64,000 nt of DNA from NCBI GenBank assembly GCA_964608675.1, contig CAZSOZ010000003.1:53041-117040 (forward strand), given 5' to 3'. This stretch comes from an uncultured archaeon (GTDB taxonomy: Archaea > Iainarchaeota > Iainarchaeia > Iainarchaeales > 1-14-0-10-31-34). Under the pieces are notes generated by a model, which was given only the letters and a program-made list of their open reading frames with translations, searched no databases and had not been told where the DNA came from. Shown piece after piece: positions 38,240 to 48,189 of the stretch (position 1 is its first letter; every line of letters starts with the position of its first letter). A program made the translations under genes and the position numbers.

Positions 38240-39231
38240 ATTAACCCTGTATTAATTAAAATAATTGTTATAATACAAATTACTGTCTGACTTCCTAAAA
38301 TGATTCCTACAACTTGTTTTTCTGTAAAACTTCCTTGTTTCATTATCCACTGAGTTAATGAACCGCCTTCAGGCCTTGGCTTTAATTTTCCGTTTTCCTG
38401 TGGGATTCCAAAACAATGGCTTTGAAATTTATGTTTTGCTTTGAATCCTAATTCAACAAAAAACAATGCCATTAAAATTACTCCGATTTTTTCAATGTTT
38501 CCCACAATAACTGAAGCTGCAACTGTTGCTCCAAGCATTAAAGTTAATGAATCCCCTGGAAAAATTTTTGCCTGAAACCAATTGAATTTCAAGAAAGCTA
38601 AAATTGCTCCAAGCATTGCAATCAAGAAAAAAATCACTTCAATATTTCCTGAAATAAAAGCAAAATAAAGCAAAGTAGAAATTATTAATGTGCCTAAACC
38701 TGCTTCTAATCCATTCATTCCTGCCAGCATATTGAATGCATTTGATGCTCCTGTAATTCCCAAAGGAATCATTACAAGAGAATAAAAAATGCCTAAATCT
38801 ACTATTATTATAAATGGAATTGACATATAACTGTCTCCAACTGAAACTGCCATTAAAGGAAGTGCAGCAAAAACCGGAAACAATGCATGTTGCCACTGTC
38901 TTATTCCTTTTCTCCATCCAATTAAATCATCCACTAATCCAATAAATCCAATTAATAAAACAGTCATAAACATTGCAAGAAAAGCAGTTAAATTAATTTT
39001 AATTAATTCAAGGTAAGTGGAAATAAAAATTGTTAGTATTATTCCTGTACTGAAACCAAAAATAACGCTTATGCCTCCCATTTCTGCTACCTGTGGTTTA
39101 TTGAATTTGTTCATGTCTTTTCCTGTAAGGTTTCGCATATGCATTCTTTTGATTATAAAAGGAGTAATAATAAAACTTACTCCAAAAGACGCAGTAAAAA
39201 TCAAAATAAAAGAAAGCAATTCAAACAACAT
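38236..39231 (-). CDS. UDP-GlcNAc:dolichol-phosphate GlcNAc-1-phosphotransferase (AglH/Alg7-like, MraY/WecA superfamily)
   Basis: GKDMNK...VAEMGG, GLVDD, NAFNMLAGMNGLE, FNWFQAKIFPGDS. Confidence 0.9.
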   Translation of the reverse strand: MLFELLSFILIFTASFGVSFIITPFIIKRMHMRNLTGKDMNKFNKPQVAEMGGISVIFGFSTGIILTIFISTYLELIKINLTAFLAMFMTVLLIGFIGLVDDLIGWRKGIRQWQHALFPVFAALPLMAVSVGDSYMSIPFIIIVDLGIFYSLVMIPLGITGASNAFNMLAGMNGLEAGLGTLIISTLLYFAFISGNIEVIFFLIAMLGAILAFLKFNWFQAKIFPGDSLTLMLGATVAASVIVGNIEKIGVILMALFFVELGFKAKHKFQSHCFGIPQENGKLKPRPEGGSLTQWIMKQGSFTEKQVVGIILGSQTVICIITIILINTGLI

Positions 39232-39294
39232 TCATTTCACTTTTTTAATAATTGAAATAAAAAAAATTAATGGATTTCTTTTTTAAATAAAAAA

Positions 39295-39303
39295 TTGGTA
39301 CAA
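39295..39303 (-). promoter_or_regulatory. TTGTACCAA motif, copy 4 (upstream of the aglH-like operon)
   Basis: Minus strand TTTTGTACCAATTTTTTA followed by TTTAAAAA; intergenic. Confidence 0.65.
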
Positions 39304-39320
39304 AACTAGTTTTAAAGTCT

Positions 39321-41285
39321 TTATTTTACTTTAAAGATTTTGACTCCTGTGTTTTCATACACTACAGGAAAATAATCAATTGTTGGGTCTTCAAACCAAA
39401 TCTTTACAATCATTGTTTTGTTTGCCGGAGCATTAAACATGTAAAGCCTTGTATTGTCTTTGTCTCTGTAAATAAATCCAGGAACAGTTTCGCTGAACAT
39501 AGTGTTCGGCTGACTAACATAATGAGTAGGCAGTGAATTCATTTGCTGCTGGCTTAAAGTGTTTGACCCGCAGGAATACGTTATTGCTCCGCTTAATTTA
39601 TCCTGAGTTGAAGAACAATTAAATTCTCTTCCAAAATAACTTCCCAGAAACTGATTCTTTTTTTCAGGTTCATCTAAATAAGCATAAACTACCATTGAAT
39701 TCTGTTTTGTAAGCAAATCAGACCCAAAAATAATGTAATCAGAATCATATTGTTTTACTATTTCATATGCTTTGTTTTCGTCTTGGCTTAAAATAAATTT
39801 TGCTACCTGAATGTCTGCATTTAAGTCAAGGTTTCTGTTGTCAATTAATGCAGGTCTTTCTCCAATAAAAGTAATCCAGTGCCCTTCATCCCACCAATTA
39901 AACATTTTTGAGTTTTCAGGAGTATTTTCGCTTAACCATTTTAATGCAGGCTTCCAGCCGTAAGTGTATTCAATGTTTGGTGCATTCTGAGTCATAAAAA
40001 AAGTTCCTGAAGCAATTCCAATCAGCAAAAGAAATCCAAAAGCAACAGCAACAACTTTTTTTTCAAACAAAGTCCTTGATTTCATGAATTCAAAAACATG
40101 ATATGCAGTAAGCCCTGCTCCGACTGCAACAGCTAAACCAAAAGTATAAGTAAATTTTAGTTTGCTCGAAGCCATAAACAAAGTTATTGCAACCCAGTAA
40201 AATATAATGAAAGCAAAATAATCAGATGAATTCCATTCCCTTTTTTCTTTTAAATTAAAAACAAAATTCAGTATTGGAAAAACAATAAATCTCCATAAAA
40301 CAAGAATTAATGCAAGAATTGGAAAAATAATTAAGGCATTATATTTTGTTCCAAAAAACTGTATTCCTGTATTTTCTTCTCCTACAGTCATTCCGAATAT
40401 TCCTTCTCTTCCTCCTTCTCCTGTAAATCTTTCAATATTTTCTTGATTAATTGGAATATATTTTACAATATATTCAATGTCTCTTTTAATCCATTGACCG
40501 TTATCTTTTGCTGTTGCAATAACTCCAAACAAAACAAAAACAATAACAAAAATTTTTCCTAAATGCATTATTTTTTTTGATTCAATTTTATTGAACCACA
40601 TTAAAACAATTGTTGTAATTATATAAAACACTAAAATAAGCGGAATCAGCATAAACATTTCCCATGTCCAAGCCATTATTCCAAAAAATAATGCAGACAA
40701 AACTGCATTTTTAATTGAATTCCTATTAAAATTCATTTCTTTTACTGCTTTAACAAAAAAATAGAATCCGATTACCATCCATAAAAATCCAAGTGCATCA
40801 TCTTCAAATTGTCCTGCCATTGTCCTGTAAACAAATGCAGGAGTAACAGCAGCAATAAAAGCTGCAATATAACCGGTTTTCCTGTTATAAATTTCTTTGA
40901 AAAAAAAATACATTGCAACAGAAATTAATGCTCCATAAAATGCAGGCAAAAATTTAACGAATGCAATCCATAATTCTTTATCATACCCTATTAACCCTAA
41001 AGTAAAAATTGAATAAAATGCTGTAGACAAAAACCAGAATACTGGTGCAATTTTCCAGCCAATATTTGATCCTTCCATTTGATAGTAAGCTAAAGGATCT
41101 TTGTCAGGAACTCCTTCTCCCTGCAAAATATAGCTTCCGACTCTTGCATGCCAGTAAGTGTCAAATTCAAAAAACAATTCGTATTTCATTAAATTAGCTC
41201 TTATTCCAAAAGCTAACAAAAACAATAAAATCAAAATAAACAAGTGTTTTTTGTTTATGGAAGAAATTTTTTCTCTTAAATCCAT
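39321..41285 (-). CDS. aglB: Oligosaccharyltransferase AglB (STT3 family)
   Basis: EFDTYWH, RTMAGQFEDD, TVGEE, WLSENTP...WWDEGHWI, IDN; polytopic N-terminal region plus soluble C-terminal domain. Confidence 0.9.
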   Translation of the reverse strand: MDLREKISSINKKHLFILILLFLLAFGIRANLMKYELFFEFDTYWHARVGSYILQGEGVPDKDPLAYYQMEGSNIGWKIAPVFWFLSTAFYSIFTLGLIGYDKELWIAFVKFLPAFYGALISVAMYFFFKEIYNRKTGYIAAFIAAVTPAFVYRTMAGQFEDDALGFLWMVIGFYFFVKAVKEMNFNRNSIKNAVLSALFFGIMAWTWEMFMLIPLILVFYIITTIVLMWFNKIESKKIMHLGKIFVIVFVLFGVIATAKDNGQWIKRDIEYIVKYIPINQENIERFTGEGGREGIFGMTVGEENTGIQFFGTKYNALIIFPILALILVLWRFIVFPILNFVFNLKEKREWNSSDYFAFIIFYWVAITLFMASSKLKFTYTFGLAVAVGAGLTAYHVFEFMKSRTLFEKKVVAVAFGFLLLIGIASGTFFMTQNAPNIEYTYGWKPALKWLSENTPENSKMFNWWDEGHWITFIGERPALIDNRNLDLNADIQVAKFILSQDENKAYEIVKQYDSDYIIFGSDLLTKQNSMVVYAYLDEPEKKNQFLGSYFGREFNCSSTQDKLSGAITYSCGSNTLSQQQMNSLPTHYVSQPNTMFSETVPGFIYRDKDNTRLYMFNAPANKTMIVKIWFEDPTIDYFPVVYENTGVKIFKVK

Positions 41286-41368
41286 CTGTACCTATAAAAG
41301 AAAATTAAGCAAATGATTTAAATATACGTTTTTTTTATAAGGGAATTTTAAAAATAAAAAAAACAAAG

Positions 41369-42328
41369 TCATTTAACATAACTTTTTTGGCTTTGCTTTA
41401 ATCCTTTGCTTTTCATCCATTCAATTGTTTTCTTTAATCCTTCATCAAGTTCAATTTTTGTTTTAAATCCCAGTTCTTTTTCTGACATACTTGTATCTGC
41501 AATAATTGAATCAATTTCTCCTGTTGCGGTTTCTCCGTGTTCAGGTTCAATTTTTTTTCCCAATACTTGGTTGATTTTTTCAATTAATTCATTCAAATTA
41601 ATGCCTTTTCCAGTTCCTATATTGTATGATTTTCCTTTTGCTTTTTCTCCTGCTTTCATTGCTTTAATTAATCCGTCTGCTATGTCTTCAACAAAAACAA
41701 AATCTCTTGACTGCTTTCCGTCACCGCTTACATAAGGTTGTTTATTTTGCATAATCAAATTAGCAAAAATTGACAAAACCCTGCTCTGCATTCTTGGGCC
41801 GTAAGCATTAAAAATTCTTAAACAAACTGTATCCAGTTCATGTACTTCAGTAAAAAACCTGCAGTAAAATTCTCCAACTTGTTTTGTTAAGCCATAAGGA
41901 GTATTTGGTTTTAACGGCAGTGATTCAGGGATAGGGATTTTTTGTGCTTTGCCGTAAACCACACAACTGCTTGGAAAAATAACTCTTTTAACTGAATTTT
42001 CTTTTGCAGACTTTAATACATTCAAAGTTCCATCAATATTATTTTTATTGTATTCTGCAGGCTTTTTTATTGATTCTCCGACATAACTGAATGCAGCTAA
42101 ATGAAAAACATAGTCAGCTTCTTTTAATGCTTCACTTGTTTCCTGCAGATTGCATATGTTCCCTTGGATTACTTTAATTTTGTTTTTTACATTCTCTAAG
42201 TTTTCTTTGAAGCCGGTTGAAAAATCATCAAAAACAGTTATTTCATAATTTTTTTCTTCAAGCAGTTTTTCAATCAAAGTTGATCCAATGAATCCTGCTC
42301 CTCCTGTAATCAGAATTCTTTCATTCAT
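41369..42328 (-). CDS. NAD-dependent sugar epimerase/dehydratase (GalE/WbpP-like)
   Basis: TGGAGFIGS, HLAA, TPYGLTK, RIFNAYGPR, GDGKQSRDF. Confidence 0.88.
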   Translation of the reverse strand: MNERILITGGAGFIGSTLIEKLLEEKNYEITVFDDFSTGFKENLENVKNKIKVIQGNICNLQETSEALKEADYVFHLAAFSYVGESIKKPAEYNKNNIDGTLNVLKSAKENSVKRVIFPSSCVVYGKAQKIPIPESLPLKPNTPYGLTKQVGEFYCRFFTEVHELDTVCLRIFNAYGPRMQSRVLSIFANLIMQNKQPYVSGDGKQSRDFVFVEDIADGLIKAMKAGEKAKGKSYNIGTGKGINLNELIEKINQVLGKKIEPEHGETATGEIDSIIADTSMSEKELGFKTKIELDEGLKKTIEWMKSKGLKQSQKSYVK

Positions 42329-42409
42329 AGAAAAAGATTTCTTTCTGAAAATATTTTTAAAGTGTTGTCTGCTAGTTTTTTCTTAGAGCTGATTATTTAA
42401 AGGGATTAA

Positions 42410-43663
42410 ATGTATTTTAAAGTTAAAGAATGCAGGGTTTGCGGTTCAAAAGAATTAGAAAAATATTTGAGTTTAGGAAGCATTCCTTTGGCAAACAATT
42501 TAGTTAAAGCAGACAAAACTGATTCAGATTTATTTTTTCCTTTAGAAGTACTTTTATGCAAGAAATGTTTTTTGTCTCAGTTAAGTGTTGTAATTGACCC
42601 AAAACTCTTGTTTTCTGATTATGCTTACAGGACTTCAATTTCTTCCACTTTTCAAAAACATTTTGCTTTAATGGCAAAATTCATTGAAAAAAATTTTCCT
42701 CACACAAAAAATTCTCTTGTAATAGATATTGCCAGCAACGACGGATGCATGCTTCAGCAATTCAAAAAACAAGGTTTTAATGTACTTGGAATTGATCCGG
42801 CAGTAAATTTAGCTAAAATTGCTGAAGAACAGGGAATTCCAACTTTAATTGAATTCTGGAACAAGCAGACAGCAGAAAAAATTGTTTCAGAACAAGGAAA
42901 AGCAAAAATAGTTGCAGCTTCAAATGTTTTTGCACATGTTCATGACATACATCATTTTTTGAAGGGAGTAAAAACAGTTTTAAGTCAAGATGGGATTTTT
43001 ATAACAGAATTTCCTTATGCTCTGCATTTAATTGAAAAAAACGAGTTTGATACAATTTACCATGAACATTTATCTTATTTTTTAGTTAAGCCTCTTCTTG
43101 AATTATTTGAATCAGAAGGACTCAAAATTTTTGATGTACAGGAAATACCAATTCATGGAGGTTCATTAAGAATTTTTTCTAAGCACAAAGAAAACAATTC
43201 AATTGAAGTCAAAGAAAAAAACATTGAATTTTTTCTGCAAAAAGAAAACGAAAAAAAATTATATGACTTAAAAACTTACGAAAATTTTGCTTATAAATGC
43301 ATGGAAATAAAAATTGCTTTCCTTCAATTGCTTTTAAACCTAAAAAAACAAGAAAAAAAGATTGCAGGATATGGAGCAGCAGCAAAAGCAGGAACCTTAA
43401 TGAATTATTGTGGAATAGGAACAAATTACGTTGAATTCATTGTTGATGACGCTGAAACAAAACAAGGAAAAGCTTTTGCAGGAAATCGTGTTTCAATTGT
43501 TCCAAGCTCTTATTTAGAACAAGAGAAACCAGAATTCCTTGTCTTGTTTGCATGGACTATAGCAAAAGAATTAATTCAAAAAACCAGACAACAAGGATTT
43601 AAAGGAAAATATATTATTCCGATGCCTTTTCCTAAAACAGCAGAAAAAGAAAACGAATTATGA
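42410..43663 (+). CDS. NDP-hexose C-methyltransferase family, copy 2
   Basis: CRVCG...CKKC, DIASNDG, NVFAH, FDTIYHEH, HGGSLR, YGAAAKAGT. Confidence 0.9.
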   Translation: MYFKVKECRVCGSKELEKYLSLGSIPLANNLVKADKTDSDLFFPLEVLLCKKCFLSQLSVVIDPKLLFSDYAYRTSISSTFQKHFALMAKFIEKNFPHTKNSLVIDIASNDGCMLQQFKKQGFNVLGIDPAVNLAKIAEEQGIPTLIEFWNKQTAEKIVSEQGKAKIVAASNVFAHVHDIHHFLKGVKTVLSQDGIFITEFPYALHLIEKNEFDTIYHEHLSYFLVKPLLELFESEGLKIFDVQEIPIHGGSLRIFSKHKENNSIEVKEKNIEFFLQKENEKKLYDLKTYENFAYKCMEIKIAFLQLLLNLKKQEKKIAGYGAAAKAGTLMNYCGIGTNYVEFIVDDAETKQGKAFAGNRVSIVPSSYLEQEKPEFLVLFAWTIAKELIQKTRQQGFKGKYIIPMPFPKTAEKENEL

Positions 43664-43682
43664 TTTTTTTTTAAGTGATTGA

Positions 43683-44597
43683 ATGAAAAACCAAAAACTT
43701 GTTTCAATTATAATTACAACATGGAATTCATTTGATTTAACAAAACAATGCATTAATTCAGTTTTAAAAAACACTTTACAGCCCTTTGAAATAATTTTGG
43801 TTGACAACGGAAGCAAAGACAAAAGCATTCAAAAACTTGAAAAAGAATTTTTTGATTTAAAAAACCTTAAAATAATTAAAAACAAAATAAACAAAGGTTT
43901 TCCATATGCTTTAAATCAAGGCTACAGCACAGCAAAAGGCCATTATGTTGTGCATTTAAACAACGACGCATTTGTAACAGAAAACTGGCTGAAAGAATTA
44001 ATTAAAACAATTGATTCAAATGAAAAATTAGTGGTTGTCGGAGTAAAAGAAGTTTCTCCTGAACAATTCAAAAACAAAAAATTAATTCAAGAAATCAAAT
44101 CAAAGCCAAACAAAAAAAAATTAACTTGCCCTGTAGGATGGATAACAAAAAAAAAATTCATTAACGAAATAGGATACACTGATGCAGAACACTTTTCTCC
44201 TATTTATGGAGAAGAAGCAGACTGGAATTTTCGTGCAAGAAAAAAAGGATACCAAATAATTGAATGCAGTAAATGCATTGTAGTTCATTTTTCTTCTGTT
44301 GACTCAAAAAAAGGAATGAAAGCAAAAAATCATTACATTCTGCTTAACACGCACAGGCTCAGGTCATTCTTGTTTAATCTTGGATTAATTGACCTCCTGC
44401 GGTTTGTTCCAGGTATGGGATTAATTTTACTGCAAAGCATTCCAAACCAGTTTTTTTGGTTAATGACAGCTTACTGGAACAACTTAAAAGACATAAAAAT
44501 GATTTTAAAAGAAAGAAAAAAAAGAAACAAAAGCTCTTTTATTCCATTCAAAGAACCAAAATTTTCTCCGCCCTTCAAAATAGAAAAAGAAAATTAA
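43683..44597 (+). CDS. Glycosyltransferase family 2
   Basis: SIIITTWN, VDNGSKD, NQG, LNND, YGEEADW. Confidence 0.88.
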   Translation: MKNQKLVSIIITTWNSFDLTKQCINSVLKNTLQPFEIILVDNGSKDKSIQKLEKEFFDLKNLKIIKNKINKGFPYALNQGYSTAKGHYVVHLNNDAFVTENWLKELIKTIDSNEKLVVVGVKEVSPEQFKNKKLIQEIKSKPNKKKLTCPVGWITKKKFINEIGYTDAEHFSPIYGEEADWNFRARKKGYQIIECSKCIVVHFSSVDSKKGMKAKNHYILLNTHRLRSFLFNLGLIDLLRFVPGMGLILLQSIPNQFFWLMTAYWNNLKDIKMILKERKKRNKSSFIPFKEPKFSPPFKIEKEN

Positions 44598-45712
44598 TTT
44601 TTTAATTCAAAATAAAGTTTTTCCAGTTTTTGAACGCTTGCCCGAATTGAATATTCTTCTTCAAACAATTTTCTTGCTTTTCTTTCAAGTTCCTTTCGTA
44701 ATTCAGGGTTTTCAATTAATTTGTTGATTCCTTCCCCTAAATCTTTTGGGTTTTCTGGCTTAACAATTAAAGCAGAATCTTTCAAGTATTCTTTTACTGC
44801 CCCAACATCAGTTATAACACATGCTTTTCCCATTGCAAGAAATTCAAGCAAAGAAATTGAAGTAGAAAATTCATAAACATATGAATGAGGAGCAATTTCT
44901 GTTGCACCCCAATACTCAGTTTTTTCTTTATTTGAAATGCTTCCAGGAAAAAAAACCACATCATCAACTTTTTCTTTTACTGCAATTTTTTTTAATTCAC
45001 TTGAATTTCCCGGCCCAATGCACAAATACTTGTATTCTGGATGTTTTGCTTTAACGTATTTCATTGCTTTAACAATATACTTTAAACCCAAAACATTTGT
45101 TGTCCACAAACTTTTAATTGAAACAATCAAATGTTCCCCAAAATTTTCTTTTACTTTTTTTCCTTTTGCATTAACATCATAATTTTCTTTGTTTAATGCA
45201 GCAGGAATAACCTGAATTCTTTTTTCGGTTATTCCCCAGGGAAGCAAAAACTTTTTTTTCATGTTTTCAGTCCAGATAACAATTTTATCGTATTTTAATT
45301 TTGGAAGCAAAAATTTTTCTAAAGCAAAAATAGTTTTAGTATGCAGGTTGTTATTGTCTGAAGAAATCATTTCAATCAATAAAACATGAGGAACATTTAA
45401 TTTTTTTTTTACTTTGTCTCCAATCCATCCCATCAAACAATTGGAATGGCTTTGAATTACATCAGGCTGGAATTCTTTTGCTTTCTTTACAATTCTTTTA
45501 TAAAAAAAAGACATAGTGAATTTATGGAATGCATGATGGCCAAAAAAAGGAATCTGCAGGAATTCTGCATTCTTGTGTTTGAAGTCATACGGTTCAGTGC
45601 TGACCACTAAAATTTTATGACCTTTTCTGAGCATTTCTTTTATTATGTCTCTGCAGTATATTTCGCTTCCGCCAATGTCCCCCAAAACAGAAGTAATGTA
45701 AATTATTTTCAT
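44594..45712 (-). CDS. Glycosyltransferase family 4
   Basis: IGGSE, EFSTSISLLEFLAMGKACVITDVG. Confidence 0.85.
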   Translation of the reverse strand: MKIIYITSVLGDIGGSEIYCRDIIKEMLRKGHKILVVSTEPYDFKHKNAEFLQIPFFGHHAFHKFTMSFFYKRIVKKAKEFQPDVIQSHSNCLMGWIGDKVKKKLNVPHVLLIEMISSDNNNLHTKTIFALEKFLLPKLKYDKIVIWTENMKKKFLLPWGITEKRIQVIPAALNKENYDVNAKGKKVKENFGEHLIVSIKSLWTTNVLGLKYIVKAMKYVKAKHPEYKYLCIGPGNSSELKKIAVKEKVDDVVFFPGSISNKEKTEYWGATEIAPHSYVYEFSTSISLLEFLAMGKACVITDVGAVKEYLKDSALIVKPENPKDLGEGINKLIENPELRKELERKARKLFEEEYSIRASVQKLEKLYFELKN

Positions 45713-45784
45713 TTTCAGTTCACTTGAATTATTAATTCATTTCTTTTATTTTTTTAATTTAATATTTTTTGAGTTAATTTTTTT

Positions 45785-47014
45785 TTATTCATTTAAACTG
45801 TAAATAATTTTGTTTTTTCCAAAAACATTCCAGACATCACATATAATACAGTCTTTTTTTGCCAGTTTTTTTATTTTTTCAATTGAAAGAGTCTTGTATG
45901 CTGAATGATTTATTCCTACAATTATTACTTCTGCATCCCTTAACACTTCTTCTGCGCTTTTTTGATTGAATTCTTTGATTAAAGGGTCATGGCATTCAAC
46001 TTCTGCATTTTCTCTTTTTAGTGCTTTTTTTATTTTAAAACTCAAAGAATTTCTTGTGTCATCGTTGTCTGCCTTGAATGCCATTCCAAGCAATGCAATT
46101 TTTTTGTGTTTTAAATCTTTTTTTGCCTTAATTTTTTTCAATAAATACAAAGGAGTTGTTTCATTTATTTTCCAGCTTACTGAAATTAATTCATCAAAAG
46201 GCATTGTGTTAATTAAAAAAAATCCGTCTTTGTATAAACATGGTCCTGCGGCATAACCCGGCTGTTTTACTCCTCCTCTCTTATAATTATGGTTAATTAA
46301 ATGAATTATTTCATATACATTCCTGTCATGTTCTTCAGCTAAAATCATGAATTCATTTGCAATAGAAAAATTAATATAACGGTACATGTTAGTAAAAATT
46401 TTTGCCAGTTCAGCGCTTTTTGCATCTGTTTCCAGTTGTTCATCTGTAAACTCTTTAAAGAATTCAACTGCTTTTTTTGTGCTTTCTTTTTCTATGCCTC
46501 CAATTATTTGAGGAAGTATTTTTGTTTCTTCTATTGCTTTTCCTTGTGCAATTCTTTCAGGACAAAAAGCAAGAAACAAATTTTTTCCTATTTTCATTTT
46601 GCTTTCTTTTTCTATTTTATCTTTTAAGTATTCTGTTGTTCCGGGAGAAACCGTTGAACGCAGGATTATTGTTTGATTTTCTTGGAGGTTTTCAATTAAA
46701 TTTTCTATTACTCCGTCAATCTGCCTGTAATCAGGATTCAAATGTTCATCAACAGGAGTCCCAATAGTTAAAACCACATGCTCTGATTCTTTTACTTTGC
46801 TTAAATCAGTTGAAGGAATAAATTCTTTTCCAGTATATTTTTCCAGTAATTTTTGGGCGTTTTCTTCTTCGAAAGGCATTTCTTTTTTCTTTATTTTTTC
46901 AATGTAGTCTTCTCTTACATCTATTCCGTAAACTTTAAATCCTGCTTGAGCCAAAGTCAAGCATAAAGGCAGTCCAACTCTGCCGATTCCTATTACACTT
47001 ACCGTTTTTTTCAT
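45785..47014 (-). CDS. UDP-N-acetylhexosamine 6-dehydrogenase (WecC/WbpA-like)
   Basis: IGIGRVGLP, LRSTVSPGTT, CPERIAQG, AGPCLYKD, GMAFKADNDDTRNS. Confidence 0.88.
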   Translation of the reverse strand: MKKTVSVIGIGRVGLPLCLTLAQAGFKVYGIDVREDYIEKIKKKEMPFEEENAQKLLEKYTGKEFIPSTDLSKVKESEHVVLTIGTPVDEHLNPDYRQIDGVIENLIENLQENQTIILRSTVSPGTTEYLKDKIEKESKMKIGKNLFLAFCPERIAQGKAIEETKILPQIIGGIEKESTKKAVEFFKEFTDEQLETDAKSAELAKIFTNMYRYINFSIANEFMILAEEHDRNVYEIIHLINHNYKRGGVKQPGYAAGPCLYKDGFFLINTMPFDELISVSWKINETTPLYLLKKIKAKKDLKHKKIALLGMAFKADNDDTRNSLSFKIKKALKRENAEVECHDPLIKEFNQKSAEEVLRDAEVIIVGINHSAYKTLSIEKIKKLAKKDCIICDVWNVFGKNKIIYSLNE

Positions 47015-47049
47015 TTTTTTTTATCACTCTTTTTTTGATTTTTTTTAAT

Positions 47050-48108
47050 TCATTGTCCGTAAAATTTTGAGCAGGTACTGCATGCTTTTGGAGGACTTTT
47101 GGTTTTAATTTTTTTTCTGAATTCCCTGTATTTTTTTCCATTCCAGATTTCTTTTAATGATTCTTGTTTTATGTTTCCCATTACATTTTCTTCATTCATT
47201 CTTGCGTCTGCCATCTGAGGAATAAAACAGCAGGGAATAACGTCTCCGTTTGATGCAATATAAGGATTAACCCAAGGATAAGCGCATCCAGTATTACTGC
47301 TTTTTTTTAATTCAATTTCCGGCCAAGAAAAAACTTTTACCTGTAGCTCTTCTGCTGTTTTTTTTGCTTTTTCTAGTTCAGGTTTAACTTTTTCCGGTTC
47401 AAGGTTCCATAAAGAAAGTTTTCCTGTATTGCTTGACATAATTATTGCAGTAAACATTAAATTGTCTGCTTTTAATTCTTTTGCAAGTTTAACTAATTTT
47501 TCTATTTCATGATAGTTTTCTTTTATTACAACAGAATTAATTCCAAGTTTTGGTTTATTCATTTTTCTTTTATCCCTTAATTCTCTTAATTTTTTAAAGT
47601 TTGCAATAACTTTGTTGAAGTCTGCGCCGTTTCTTATTTTTTCGTAAGTTTCTTTTGTTGCTCCGTCCAAAGAAACAACAATAAAATCCACTTTCAAGTC
47701 GAGCATTTTTTCTGCTTTTTTTTCGTCCAGCAAAGTAAAATTATCATTAAACCAAACATACAAACCTTTCTTTTTTGTGTATTCAATCATTTTCATAAAT
47801 TCAGGGTTAAGCAGTGCTTCCCCAATACCTGTTAAATTTACTACCTGAATGTTTTTGTTTTTGTCAATTAATTTTTTGAATTCACTTAAATTCAAATGTT
47901 CTCCTTTTTCTTTCATAAAAGTGTGTTCGCACATTGCACAATTCAGGTTGCAGGCAGTAGTTACTTCCACCTGTAAGGCAGTAGGATTATATCCTGTTTT
48001 TTCTTTAAATTGGTTTTGTTCAAAAAACCTTTTTCCTGCATTAATTAATCCAAAGAAACCGTTTCTTTTGAATGCTTTTAAAATAAAATCTTTTTTTTTT
48101 TGAAGCAT
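47050..48108 (-). CDS. Radical SAM protein with SPASM/twitch domain
   Basis: CNLNCAMC, GIGEALL, SLDG, CAYPW...NGDVIPCC...GNI...CSTC. Start moved to ATG 48108 after an AGGAG RBS. Confidence 0.88.
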   Translation of the reverse strand: MLQKKKDFILKAFKRNGFFGLINAGKRFFEQNQFKEKTGYNPTALQVEVTTACNLNCAMCEHTFMKEKGEHLNLSEFKKLIDKNKNIQVVNLTGIGEALLNPEFMKMIEYTKKKGLYVWFNDNFTLLDEKKAEKMLDLKVDFIVVSLDGATKETYEKIRNGADFNKVIANFKKLRELRDKRKMNKPKLGINSVVIKENYHEIEKLVKLAKELKADNLMFTAIIMSSNTGKLSLWNLEPEKVKPELEKAKKTAEELQVKVFSWPEIELKKSSNTGCAYPWVNPYIASNGDVIPCCFIPQMADARMNEENVMGNIKQESLKEIWNGKKYREFRKKIKTKSPPKACSTCSKFYGQ

Positions 48109-48189
48109 AATTTTTCTCCTGAATAAAAAAAACAGTATTAAAATTAATATAAACAGGCATGATTTCATTTTTAACTTTATTTATTGTTT

